NCBI GenBank assembly: GCA_003344405.1
Contig: NOWV01000148.1
Location: forward strand, 62,001-126,000
Source of the DNA: Trichoplax sp. H2
Lineage: Eukaryota
Direction of reading: 5' to 3'
DNA length: 64,000 nt
In this document: positions 27,200-38,600 of the stretch, one piece after another
How the letters are laid out: every line of letters begins with the position of its first letter
Position numbering within the stretch: position 1 is the stretch's first letter
Program-made: the position numbers and the translations under genes
The notes under the pieces: model-generated
The model's database searches: none
Told to the model about the DNA's origin: nothing
Seen by the model: only the letters and a program-made list of their open reading frames with translations

Positions 27200-30064
27200 C
27201 TATATTTTATTTTTACTCTTTATTGTATTAATCCCCTCCTAAAAATCGATTCGTTTAATGGAATGGCTGAACAATTAATGGTAATGATTATTATTTGAGA
27301 TATAATTTTTCATTTCATCTATAAACTTACTGAACCCAAATTTCGATACATTTTTCAGAAGAAAGTAAAGATCTAATAGCGAATTTATTATTTTAATGGT
27401 GCTATTACAGAACGGATAAAAATAATTACTTAATCCAGATAAAATTCAATCGCATTGATACTGGGCTAATTGTTACTACTAGAATAAGCTGACTTAACTT
27501 GGATACTAGCCTGCTCTGTATAAAGATCGACCTCCTCTTAATATAACTTCTTGTAGAATCAATTTAAATCCTTTGATACAATATCTATTCGATCGCTTTA
27601 TTTTCAATAAATTGTTGTATTATAATTCATTCCTTGCCTATAAATTTCGATAGAGCCGATGCTCTTGTAGGATCTCAATTTAGTATAGCTCTATCGTCTA
27701 CTGTTTTAGCCTGAGATCGATATATTATAATTGTTTTAATTCAACCACTCTTGCTTTCCCTTATAAAGATAGATTATTACCAAATTTTCAATCTTCATAT
27801 AAATCTGTATTTCTGTTCCTTATCATGCGCTTATTAGATGTGGCATAGTTATCATTTTCAAAATTTTAATCCTTAAATAAATTTATATTTCTGTTCTTTT
27901 CATAAATTTGAATAGGTATCGGATAATTACAATTTTATTTTTAATGTATAGATTCGAAAATCTAGAGTCACATTTAGTTCACGAAAAATACTGAATAAAA
28001 TTAATATAACGATTTGATACAGCAATTTACTTGCCTCGCTTCTTGATGTGAGAGTAACCTACTGCTGATTAGTCTTACAGAAAGTAGACTTCAACTTAAT
28101 GGTCTTCAAAATGCTTCGCTTCAGTGGCCTGATGCACAATTTGATTTAACATATATAAAGTCATTTTTTCTAGCTTTTTAAGCTTTTATTCTTATAGAAG
28201 AAAGCTATTCAATCTTTTATTCATCTACTTATGAAAGAAATCAATGACGGCGCAATGCTATTTTTCCCTACCTGGAAAGATTGTTTTAGGCCTACTTTTC
28301 ATGAAACACTGCTACCCATTTTCGAATAAATTGCTCAAAATATGAATCCCTTGCCTGTTTGCAGATAGCATCCCAATTTAAAATATGGCCAAACGTGCTT
28401 GACTGTTGACTGTCCAGACAAGAATGTTACGGTTTAATTGTAAAAGGAATAAAGTTAATCTCAATGAGAATGATGAAAAGGGAACTGCTTTTTATCTTAT
28501 GTATGATTGTAATAACAAAATAGATATCAAGACATCTGATTTTATGAATAACTCAGTCTTGTATTAGATCAATTAATTAATAGAATCCGAAGACAGCAGT
28601 ACAACTTGACCGAGTCACAATCTGATCATTAATGTCGCTTTATTAAGATGCTTTGATGAATAAATTATTCTAACCCAGTCAGATGCACTCTTGTGCAGAT
28701 TGTGAAGATAATGTTTTTTTGACAAAGTGGCAAGAATTGTATAATGACGTTTAAGCCTAACAGCAATGCACTTGTGATCTCACATACTGCTCCTACCCAT
28801 TTTAATGTATTTTCCTAAAATGGGCACTTAAAGCCTTTACATCGGTGTTATGCAGACGTTAAAGGAATTTAAAATTACAGGATGTAAACTAAATTTATCA
28901 CTATTATCGTCACGTCAAGAAAAAGATAAACATTATTATTACTGTAACTTTGCCTATAAATACATTGGTCTGTTTTGGTAGATTGAATTTCTGCTGTTAT
29001 CATACCCTACCAATAAATAGATTCATAATCCAAAGTTCAACATTACTTATTCGATGATGGCAAGAATATTCTTGTCTTTAATAGGAATATTGACGGATAA
29101 TTCAGTTCTCGTATGTTATTTGAAGGTTAAGGATTTGAAGGAGAAACTTATAATTCTCTATCTTTCGAGATAAACGATAATTATATAATGTAAATAGGTC
29201 ATGGAAAAATCAGAAGATAACCTACGGCATTTTCGTATCCTACCTTTTAAATGCTATTAACTCAAAATCAAACGAATCAACTGCTGCTTATGAAAGGAAT
29301 TCAAAGACATACCAGAATCAAATTACCAGATATAAGACATTATAAGCAATTAAGCTGTCAAATGCGTAATGAATTTCAAATTGAACTTCATATAGATATT
29401 TTTCCATTTTATTTACTTGACAATTAATTTAATTATGATTGGCATTGAAATTGTTTCAAATATAATTGTAATCTAAATTTTGGCCATTATGAAGTTCTTG
29501 TCTTGCCGATACTGACAACTGAAGGTAAACAAGCTTTTAACAGTATTTAGAGAAAAAATACACAATCTTAAATTTACTCCAAATGGCTTAAAGTTTAAGA
29601 ATTTTCTTTTATCGTATATAACAGAACGGAATAATTTTCAATCTAGCTTTTAAGCATTGTTTTAAACTATAATAGTTAACAGCTTTCTCATCGACAATAT
29701 GCTAGATATTTAAAGATGTATTTAGTGCTCTACTGATTAGGAACTAATTAGCAGAATTCACAAATGAAATAATTTAAGGTCAATATTTTCTTAATATTTC
29801 AATATTTTGACCTACTATTCGTTTCTCTTACTAATCAAGTATAGCATTTATTACATTATTCCTTCAAGTCCCAGTTAATGAACTCAATTGGATCTTAATT
29901 CTCAATAACGGTAGCAGAAAAATTCGGTGCTAGTATTTTAGAGCAATGTCTATTTCCACCAGAATAAAAATCTCTAACCTTCGGTTTCTGGTGTTTCTGT
30001 TCACTTTCTTAACGAATGAATATCAATTAAACTTTTCGAACTGAATTAGATGTGATTAAATGAC

Positions 30065-30616
30065 TGTAATATATACCAATCACGAAATTCCAAATTTTAG
30101 AAAAATAAGGGCTTTATTCAATCTTATACAAAGATTAACTACACACCACTCTACTCTAGCCGAATACTACTTCTAAAGACTTCTACAACGAGCTAACAGA
30201 ATAATCTAAAGTTGCATGCTTTTATACTTTTCGTAGCATTCGCAGCTGCAATCCGCATGGCAACCTTTTACATTATATTATACATAGTTATATTATTCTT
30301 AGTAAGACTATTCTACTGCGGACTATCATTAATCCAATATGGATACGACTACAGTACTTACGTAGACATTATTCACACCAGCCAAAGTACAATGAATTAA
30401 CCATATCCTAATATATGATTTACAGTTCTATTTTTACCTACAGCCATATTAGTAACTCAACACCTTACTGTATATAGTCATCTGTACTCTAGCATAGAGT
30501 CTCTACCACTACAGTCTATAGTTATAGCTACCAAATATCTCTTAGGATAAATATCTACCGTACATTATACTACACATGGCTAACAGTCTACAATCACAAT
30601 ACTAAGTTACATTACA
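30065..30616 (-). mobile_element. Solo LTR, family D
   Basis: TGTAAT...ATTACA perfect 6-bp inverted ends; flanks ATGAC/ATGAT; matches 21231-21759. Confidence 0.9.
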
Positions 30617-33466
30617 ATGATTAAATGTACTGAAATGATTTGGACAGCGCTTGTTTATATGGCCTTTGATATTTGCTGACCATTTTAAAGATATGATGCC
30701 AGTACTATTTTTTGGCATAAAAGTTGCAATAAGCTCTGTATCATATAAATTTGGATGTATACGAGCTATGTATCGAGAAATACATAGACAATCTTAATAC
30801 TTGATTTAGGCTTTTTTAAATTTATGAAGAATCCTGCACTCAATTCTATGTAAGGTAAGTACATCCCGCTTTCTTTCATGCAAGTGAATTTTATTTACCT
30901 AAGTAATGCCTAAAATCCTTTCAACGCTATGTGAACACATAGTAAATATTATAAATTTATATGAGAAGAAGATGCAATTAAAGGATCACTTTACATCCAA
31001 AAATATTGTAACTAATTGCCAATGCTCAATGATCAAGGGTCAATTAACATGTTAGCAGCCAAAAGATATCGCAAAGAATATAAAATAGAACCTTAGTAAG
31101 TTTAAAAAAATGTGTAAAACGCTTTGACTACTCATTAATAATTTTGAATGCATCGTAAAAGCGGAATATTAGTAAAGTATGGTACTCTCTCACTAGGAAT
31201 TTTATACCTATTCTAAAAGCTATAGCAGCTCCCATTGTATAAATATTACAATATTTAAAGAAAAGTTTAATTTTATGGCCTGATATTTAGAGAGTTTTAA
31301 ATACGTTATTAGTAACTCATGATGGAGAAAATTACAATGCTATGCTGTAGCTTATCGGTTACGAAAGCTATCACGGTATATAGCTATCAAGGTGTATAAG
31401 CTGTAACTCTGTACGAGTAGTAAATAATAACAAACCTGCTCTTTATTATCTTGATAATATCAGAATAACAGATATTGTTTTTTCAGTCCCATTGGATTTC
31501 AAAAGAAAATTTATTGAACTATATCAAAGCTGTTTTGCTACAAATGGTATAACGGTAAAACTGAAATATTGACTCTATCTTGAATCAATACAATAAATCA
31601 TAATTGTTCAATAATTTATGATAGTTTTGCTTGCATCTTACTCATAAATAAGATAGCTGCTGAACTAACTGCATATGTTTATGATGCTACTTCCTTATTT
31701 ACTCTAGAACATCAAAACTATTGGTTCTGGTACATTTTCACCTTCTAAGTTCATTGTATTTGCGTAGTTGTATAGATCTGATAAAATTTAATCATAAACT
31801 ATTTCTTAACTAACACCTTGTTTACAATCTTAGGCTATCTTAACCCATTTAATTGTAAATTTTGTCGTTTTTTTAATTCACGATGAGCATATTGATTACT
31901 GGGACATTTACAATTGTTATTGGCTAATGAAGTAGCAGATACCTTAACGTGCGATAATTTCTTCGTAGACTTATACATAATTAATTTGATATTCTGAAAG
32001 CATAGATTACTTTTAAAAACATAAGTTTTCTCAATTGTCGTGATAAAATTTATAGCACATGCACTGCACCACAATGTTTTACGAAATTCAAAATCAGACC
32101 CAATATTAATTCATTTAGGATAAAGTGATTAACTGTTATTATCTCTAATGAACAGTCAATATTGAGTTGTACTAAAAATTTTAGCGTATTTAAACTAATT
32201 CAATATATTTAAATATTTTGTTTGAACTCCTTTATAGAAAAATTTTTTCCTAGCAAACTGAATTATTGAACTATATTATCGAACTTCTTGAAAACGGAAC
32301 GTATTATAATGTTTTACTTACTTTCTTATTAAATTAAATTCGTAAAGTAGTTTATGGCTTTGCCATCATTTGATCATGCTATTGCTTCAAACCAATTATC
32401 ATAAAAGTGCAGATAGTGATTAAAATTATTAATTATCTATTATAATTATCATATTTACAGTAGGATTAATATAACTCTTTAATTTTTTATTTAATAGTTA
32501 CTGTCACTTTTGATCAGTAATAAAGATAAATAGCGATGTTGCAGAGCTTATAATCAGTTCATATTATTGTTTCCAATCGCGAAAATACATCAACAGAAGG
32601 ATGATAAACGTACCATTCATGACATCAGGTAGACCCTAGTGAAAAACAGCTATATGGAAGAGATAGCGATGGCATAAGTAAAGCATCTTAATTTGTGTTG
32701 TATGTGCTAGCTTCTTTAATAACACAGTTATGGTCATGTTGCTTCACTGTATGTCTCATTTGCTGATAAAAAATCAGCTAATAGGAGGTAATTGCAGTCA
32801 GATTGCGAGTTCAATTAAAGACAAAAGTAAAAGTAAAAGTATCAAAAAGCAAGTATTCAATTTTCTCTTATGGTCAGTTTCCATAAGCGTTAATCTAAGA
32901 TTATTTCTTCCTCAACAATAAACGCAAAGAAATCAATTTATCTATACCAAGTCGAATATATAATAATAATATGTATAGTATAAAGATGAAAATTATATTT
33001 TTTGTAAAATTAAGATGCAAGTACTTAAATTTTTCTTCTGATAACGAGACGAGCATGATTTAGATCTTTGCCGGTGCTATAATCTAAAAATAGTTAGTAA
33101 GAAAGCCATCTCTATGTTATCATGACCACGAAATTATCGCTATGCCTAAATAGTCATTCTAAGACTACTAAAAATAACAAACAGTTTGATAGATAGCTTT
33201 CACCGAGTAACTCTGCAACAATGGACAAGGCAGCAAGTTTTTTCGTTCTCTGACTTTCACCATCTTCGGTTAACAGGTTGAATTCCACCCTTGAGTGAGC
33301 CATTTTCACTTTTTGGCATTTCAACAGATCAGGTTATCATCGTGAGACTACTCTGACCTCTTTAAAAGAACTCAAAAAAGTCTTCTTACCTTTTTCTGCG
33401 GTCAGTTAGTCGGGTGGTAAGGTACCAAGGAGTTCCGATTTCAGGGCAAAGTGGTTTCTTTTTAGG

Positions 33467-33484
33467 ATCCCATCTCTGCCACCA
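33467..33484 (-). promoter_or_regulatory. Retrotransposon primer binding site, tRNA-Leu type
   Basis: - strand TGGTGGCAGAGATGGGAT, 1 nt after an LTR-type end (AAAGCTGTTTTTGTGAC). It differs at 2 positions from TGGTGGCAGCGGTGGGAT, the complement of a eukaryotic tRNA-Leu 3' end as recalled. Confidence 0.8.
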
Positions 33485-33485
33485 A

Positions 33486-33883
33486 AGTCACAAAAACAGC
33501 TTTTGTGATCGTTTCTAAGCTAAACTATCTACTCTTAAGGTTCCCTGACTAACTCAGGAGATCCTCAGTCAAGGAAAACTAATATGTTCCTATATTATAG
33601 AAAACGAGTCCAACGATAGGTTCAAGTTGATAAATATTTTATTACCAGCTATATTGCAACTTAGCACCAGTACATTTTAGTAGGACCTCAGTGGAACTGA
33701 GATTAAAAATTGATAATCAGGCTTATATACAATCTCGTATGTCACATAAATTCCCTGGTACTAATCTGCCACATTAAATTATATAATACGCGTTGCAGGC
33801 TTGCTATAGGCTAGACCGAGTGTTATTTAATACATCTCGCTAGTTAATATCAATTAGCAAGTTCAATTATTTATCATACCACA
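33486..33883 (-). mobile_element. 5' LTR of a truncated LTR retrotransposon, family E (5' boundary uncertain)
   Basis: 3' end resembles family A and is followed by a PBS and a GC-richer leader to about 33190. - strand GTATATAAG at 33722-33730 and AATAAA at 33638-33643. It may start at 33883 (TGTGGT) or extend across the family F insertion to about 35805. Confidence 0.7.
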
Positions 33884-34450
33884 ATAGTGCAATATCGCAT
33901 CTTGAATTAGTTATATCGCTGACTTCGGCATAATTAATTGATAACAATCCATTTAGTATGACATAATTCAAAAGTCATAAGTAATAATAATAGTCAGTTA
34001 ACAATTGAGGATTGCTGTCTACAACTGTCATGGACTACTCTTCTGACAAGGGAAGAAGTAAATTATTCTGTTCCTCTAAGTTGCTAGTGTCAACCACTAT
34101 TTTACTTTCCGCCTAGAACTTCCCTTCTAGGATGTAGTTACACAGATAAACTACACAACGTGGAGCTACTTTTACTTTATTTCAACTAATTCGAACAACG
34201 CAATGTACTCGTAAAAGACTACAGAAATCATCTGCTAACGAGCAATATTCGTAATTACAAGTCAAATCGTAAAAGTTTAGTCGACCCAACTTATATAGGT
34301 AGAACTATAGGCAAAAACATCATTCTTTGTTTAATTATAGATAAGAGAAAGATAAGGAGTCTGGAATTCTGTTAATAGACTCCCCACACAGTTCTTTAAG
34401 ATTAAACATACTAATGGGTGTAGCCGGTATGGAAAATATGCAAATGACTT

Positions 34451-35083
34451 TCTCACAAAACAGCTTTGCAACAAGATAACGTAATGTATGATCAATAAGT
34501 CAATTCCTTGAACCACGTATCAAGGAACGATATCTGCACTATCACAAACACTTTTGCTCTACTAGCAGACTACACAAAGACTTATACTCTTCGTATTTTA
34601 CGTTAACCACTAAGTTTGAGAATCCGCTTTATTACATGATATACTGCATTTATATACTATTCCTCAGTAGTTCATGAGTCATAGTTAGTACAATTAACAT
34701 AGGAATCATTTACTGAATTAGATATTAATTTTAGTTACTGCTCCCTTAATGCAGACAACAGTATTTACGAACATAGACATGTAATAATGACTAATACAGA
34801 ATAGTCAGATCACGATATGTCCTATCACGGAACATTTCCACGATAATTTACAATCTACCATAAGTAAATTACAATCACAATGATTGAAACTGTAAGTAGA
34901 TGATTTGCATTCCCTATTATAACTATTAATTTCAGTTTGTGTATAAGTGTCACTGTCATAAATAGTCAGCGCTATATTAAAACACAGTATATCCAAAGTA
35001 GAAGTTAAATAAATAAGGATAGGCTAACAGAATTATCCTAATATAGATATTTCTACTGTAATACAGTATATAAGACTGTAACT
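34451..35083 (-). mobile_element. 3' LTR, family A
   Basis: Full-length reverse complement of 13886-14514 and 54369-54998, with both terminal dinucleotides mutated; abuts a PPT rather than a TSD. Confidence 0.93.
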
Positions 35084-35095
35084 TTCCCCCACCTT
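35084..35095 (-). promoter_or_regulatory. Polypurine tract (plus-strand primer)
   Basis: - strand AAGGTGGGGGAA immediately 5' of the family A LTR. Confidence 0.85.
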
Positions 35096-35206
35096 AAACT
35101 GTGGTCAGGGTATCATATTTTTAACATGAAGTACATCACAACATGAAATAATACAGCGCTAAAATAATAATTATTTTGTAGTGTCATTTTAACTATTGCT
35201 TAAACG

Positions 35207-35686
35207 TTACAATAATCTAGACAAAGTATCAGCAGCACGGTTATCTTTACTGGGGCGATGCTTTATATCGAATCGATATTGGTCCACAGCCAGGGCCTAT
35301 CGCATCAGTCTTTGGTTATGATTCTTCATCCGATGTAACCAAAGTAAGGGTTGGTGGTCCGTGTAAAGCATAAAATATTGTTCTTCTAAATAGACTTGGA
35401 AGGAGCGTAATCCCCGTACCAACGCTAGATATTCTTTTTCAGTTGTTGAATAATTTTTCTCAGCTGCAGTTCATTTTCGACTTGCATAAGCCACAGGGTG
35501 TTCGGTATTATCGTAAACTTGCATAAGCACAGCGCCTATGCCCAAGTCTGAAGCATCAATTTGCACGGAAAACGGTTGATCTTCATTTACTGCACGCAAA
35601 ATTGGTTCTTTAGTTAGACATTGTTTGAGTTCTAGGAAGGCTTGTTCGCAGTCTTTTGTCCATCGGACCTTTGTTGGTAGCGAGTC
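35207..35686 (-). pseudogene. pol: Ty3/Gypsy pol remnant: RT connection plus complete RNase H
   Basis: One frame: WTKDCEQAFLELKQCL..PIL..FSVQIDASDLGIGAVLMQ..HPVAYASRK*TAAEKNYSTTEKEYLALV..YTDHQPLLWL..RLMR*AL..FDIKHRPSKDNRAADTLSRLL*. Premature stops at 35471-35473 and 35297-35299; final TAA at 35207-35209. Confidence 0.95.
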
Positions 35687-38600
35687 ATACACGAACGAAT
35701 AAATCATATAGAATCAATAATATGTATGAAAACCTATCAAGACACAAATACTTAATTTGTACTGTATCATTCACGGTGTAGTTGCACCGCGACAACAACA
35801 TAACAATCTCTAATAATATTTTTAATCACACGATAGTATTTTGCAAGGTGAATTATAATTTTTACAGTTATTCTACTATCTTAGATTACTACTAGCTATT
35901 ATCAAATAGCTTCAAGCTCAGTAACACATATATTTAATAAATTTATAAATATAATAATAGCGTGTAAATTTACCGTTGGCATTATGTGAAAACCGCAGAT
36001 TCTATTACTAGTAGCCGCAGCTAATAAGCTTGCAGATTATCTTATAGCATGATAAAGCAAATTATTAAATTAATGCAGAAGTGGTCAGAAACAAATATCT
36101 ATAATTCTTCTCTAACGTTATTAACCAAATAAGGGAAGCGCAGTAGGACCCATCACGCACAAACAGTTCTATTCTTATCGTTGTGTGATACTTTCTTTTT
36201 TCCTTGGAGGTAATATTTGAATTGGATACTATACAGATATTAGCGAGGGACGAAATATTTGAACGAATTATTCATCTAGTCCTCCTTGCTTAATTTTATT
36301 AAACTATAGCATATTTTGAACCTCAGATCTGAATGGCGTAGTAGAAGTTTATTTACTTTTACTTTATTCTTCTCTAACATTCTACAATTTTTCCAGTCAA
36401 TATCTGATTAATAATAGATACCTTATCGTCAATATCCATCATTAATGATGAACTCTGTCTGAGATAAGTAACTGAGCCATAAATGCCCAGTCTTACAGGT
36501 GGAATAAGGAAAGAATTATTTATCAATCAGAAGCCAAATTTGTAACATTTATTGAAATATTGTGATTGTCATTTAAAAGATGTATAAGAGCCATGGGCTT
36601 AATTATGTTACATGTCAGCATATTGTGTAAACTTTGATAATTACATCTATTTACATTTCGCGTCTGACAATTGAGCTGACAGAAAGTCAAGCTTAAAATT
36701 TGTTGAATTATTAATCGAAGCCGGTACAACGCTGAAAATGATAATAGTAGCTTTACGTCAATAAGAACGAAGAATTAGTCATGATATAATAGATTTGTAA
36801 TTATGTCTACTATTTAGAAATGAGAGCGCAGCTGCAACCGTAAATAACTAATATATCTTCTTTCTACTCTGATCTACTCTTTAAATTATTTAACATCCGC
36901 AGAAGCTTACACAATCATCGATTGATTATTTAAGCAAACAAAAGTGTTAAACTAATGATGAACTCACGGTCATTAACGAGCTGTTTCAGTTGTGCTTGAT
37001 GCCGATTTAATTCATAAATAAGGTTTGCGCTAATTTCAGCATGTACAATTAATGTTCGTCGATAATAACTGTGATCGTGGATAAATTACTAGGATAACTA
37101 TGGAGGAAACGGGTTCATTGAACGTTAAGAAATAAAACGATCAGTTTCGCTTGATCTTTATCGTTTACAGATTCTAGCTGAATTTGACTAGCTCATTGCT
37201 GCTAAAGAAACATACAAAAAGTAGTAATTCTCCTCGTAATGAGGTCCATTGATATCCACGTTAATCATTATCATAGTAATTAAAGTAATAGAAATAATAA
37301 AATGATGATATACTATTTCAAACTATTTAATAATGCTATTATTACTCAAATTTTCCAGTTCTCGTTCCAGCTGCTAAGCTATAAGGTCAATGCCAATTAT
37401 TCTCAGGCTTATACTAACATAAATCATACGTATTAAGAGCAACATATAAATTCAGTAATAAAATTCTTATATGAGTCATTTCTCTATTTATTTCCATTAT
37501 AGTGCTGTGAAAATTTCATAATACAAGGTAAAACTCTGAAGTAGGTAGGAAAACTAAAAATTGTGAACGTTTGAGCATTGCGTGTAAGTAAAGATTATGA
37601 GGCATATGTATATAAAAGATGTAGAGTTAAGATAAGTTTTGAAAATGTTTTGTATCTTATTAATATCAGACTTGCTTGTTAGACAATTTTAACCTAAACC
37701 TTCAAATAAATCGTCAATTCTACTATTGATCGAGTCGCATTGTGCGGAGTAAATGCGATTCTGATTCCTAAAAGAATCAGTACGTTCAAGCTTTAAATAC
37801 TAGCTTATATTTTTTTCTAAATTAATAATCAAACCTCTAATTCATATAAAATTCCAGCAATAATATGTACCAAGAAACAAGTTGATATTTGGTTAATTTA
37901 TTTTATCTTAGGATTAAATAAACTTATAGTAGCTTCGTCATTCTATTTATGCAAACCTTAAAGACTAGACTTTTAGATATTTAAAGCTTACTATATCATG
38001 AACGGGATAGGTAGTAGCATTTGGATTATGGATCCTGTATAATAAAATTTTATTGATTACTAACAGTCTTCCTTAAGTTTTGGATCAAAAATTAATTTAG
38101 ATAAAGTGTGGCATATAAATCGTGTCAAACCATGTTAAACCATGTTATCCTAAAAAGATACATCGTAAACAAGTATCAAATAAACAATATACAGGGAAAT
38201 GTTATTACTATTAGTAATATTTCTAAAATCCATTGTTGTATCGAAGAATAAGCTGTTCTATTTTCAATTTTTTAAGCAAAACATCCACTGATATTTCTGG
38301 TATTTTACTCCTACTTTTATTTACAGAAATGTTTTAAATTCAGTCGAGAACGTTAAGTAAATTTAATAAATTATCCTCATGTACAAGTATAGCTTTATTT
38401 AAGTTTAACAATGATCCCTTAAAAGACCCTTTAACTTTAATTCAACTTTTCTTAAATCTAACTAGTCAATAATAAACGATAGTTCTATAATGTATTTTAG
38501 AAAGTAAAATTCTATTTTGAAGAAAGACCAGCTAGTTTGAATAAATGGATAATAGAATCAAATGGCATTCGTAGTACTTACTTCTCAGATAATCAATTTG

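Larger units (their letters stand above)
34026..35794 (-). mobile_element. Solo LTR, family F, interrupted by a nested Gypsy fragment
   Basis: TGTCATGG at 34026 and CCGCGACA at 35794, with perfect flanking ACAAC (34021-34025, 35795-35799). - strand TATATAAG near 34290-34297 and AATAAA near 34177. About 530 bp remain after removing 34451-35686. Confidence 0.7.

Noticed and set aside
21378-30400. Duplicated 62-aa hydrophobic ORF (MHAFILFVAF...) as a secreted peptide
   Set aside because: TTG start, inside family D LTRs, antisense to the LTR and overlapping its TATA box.
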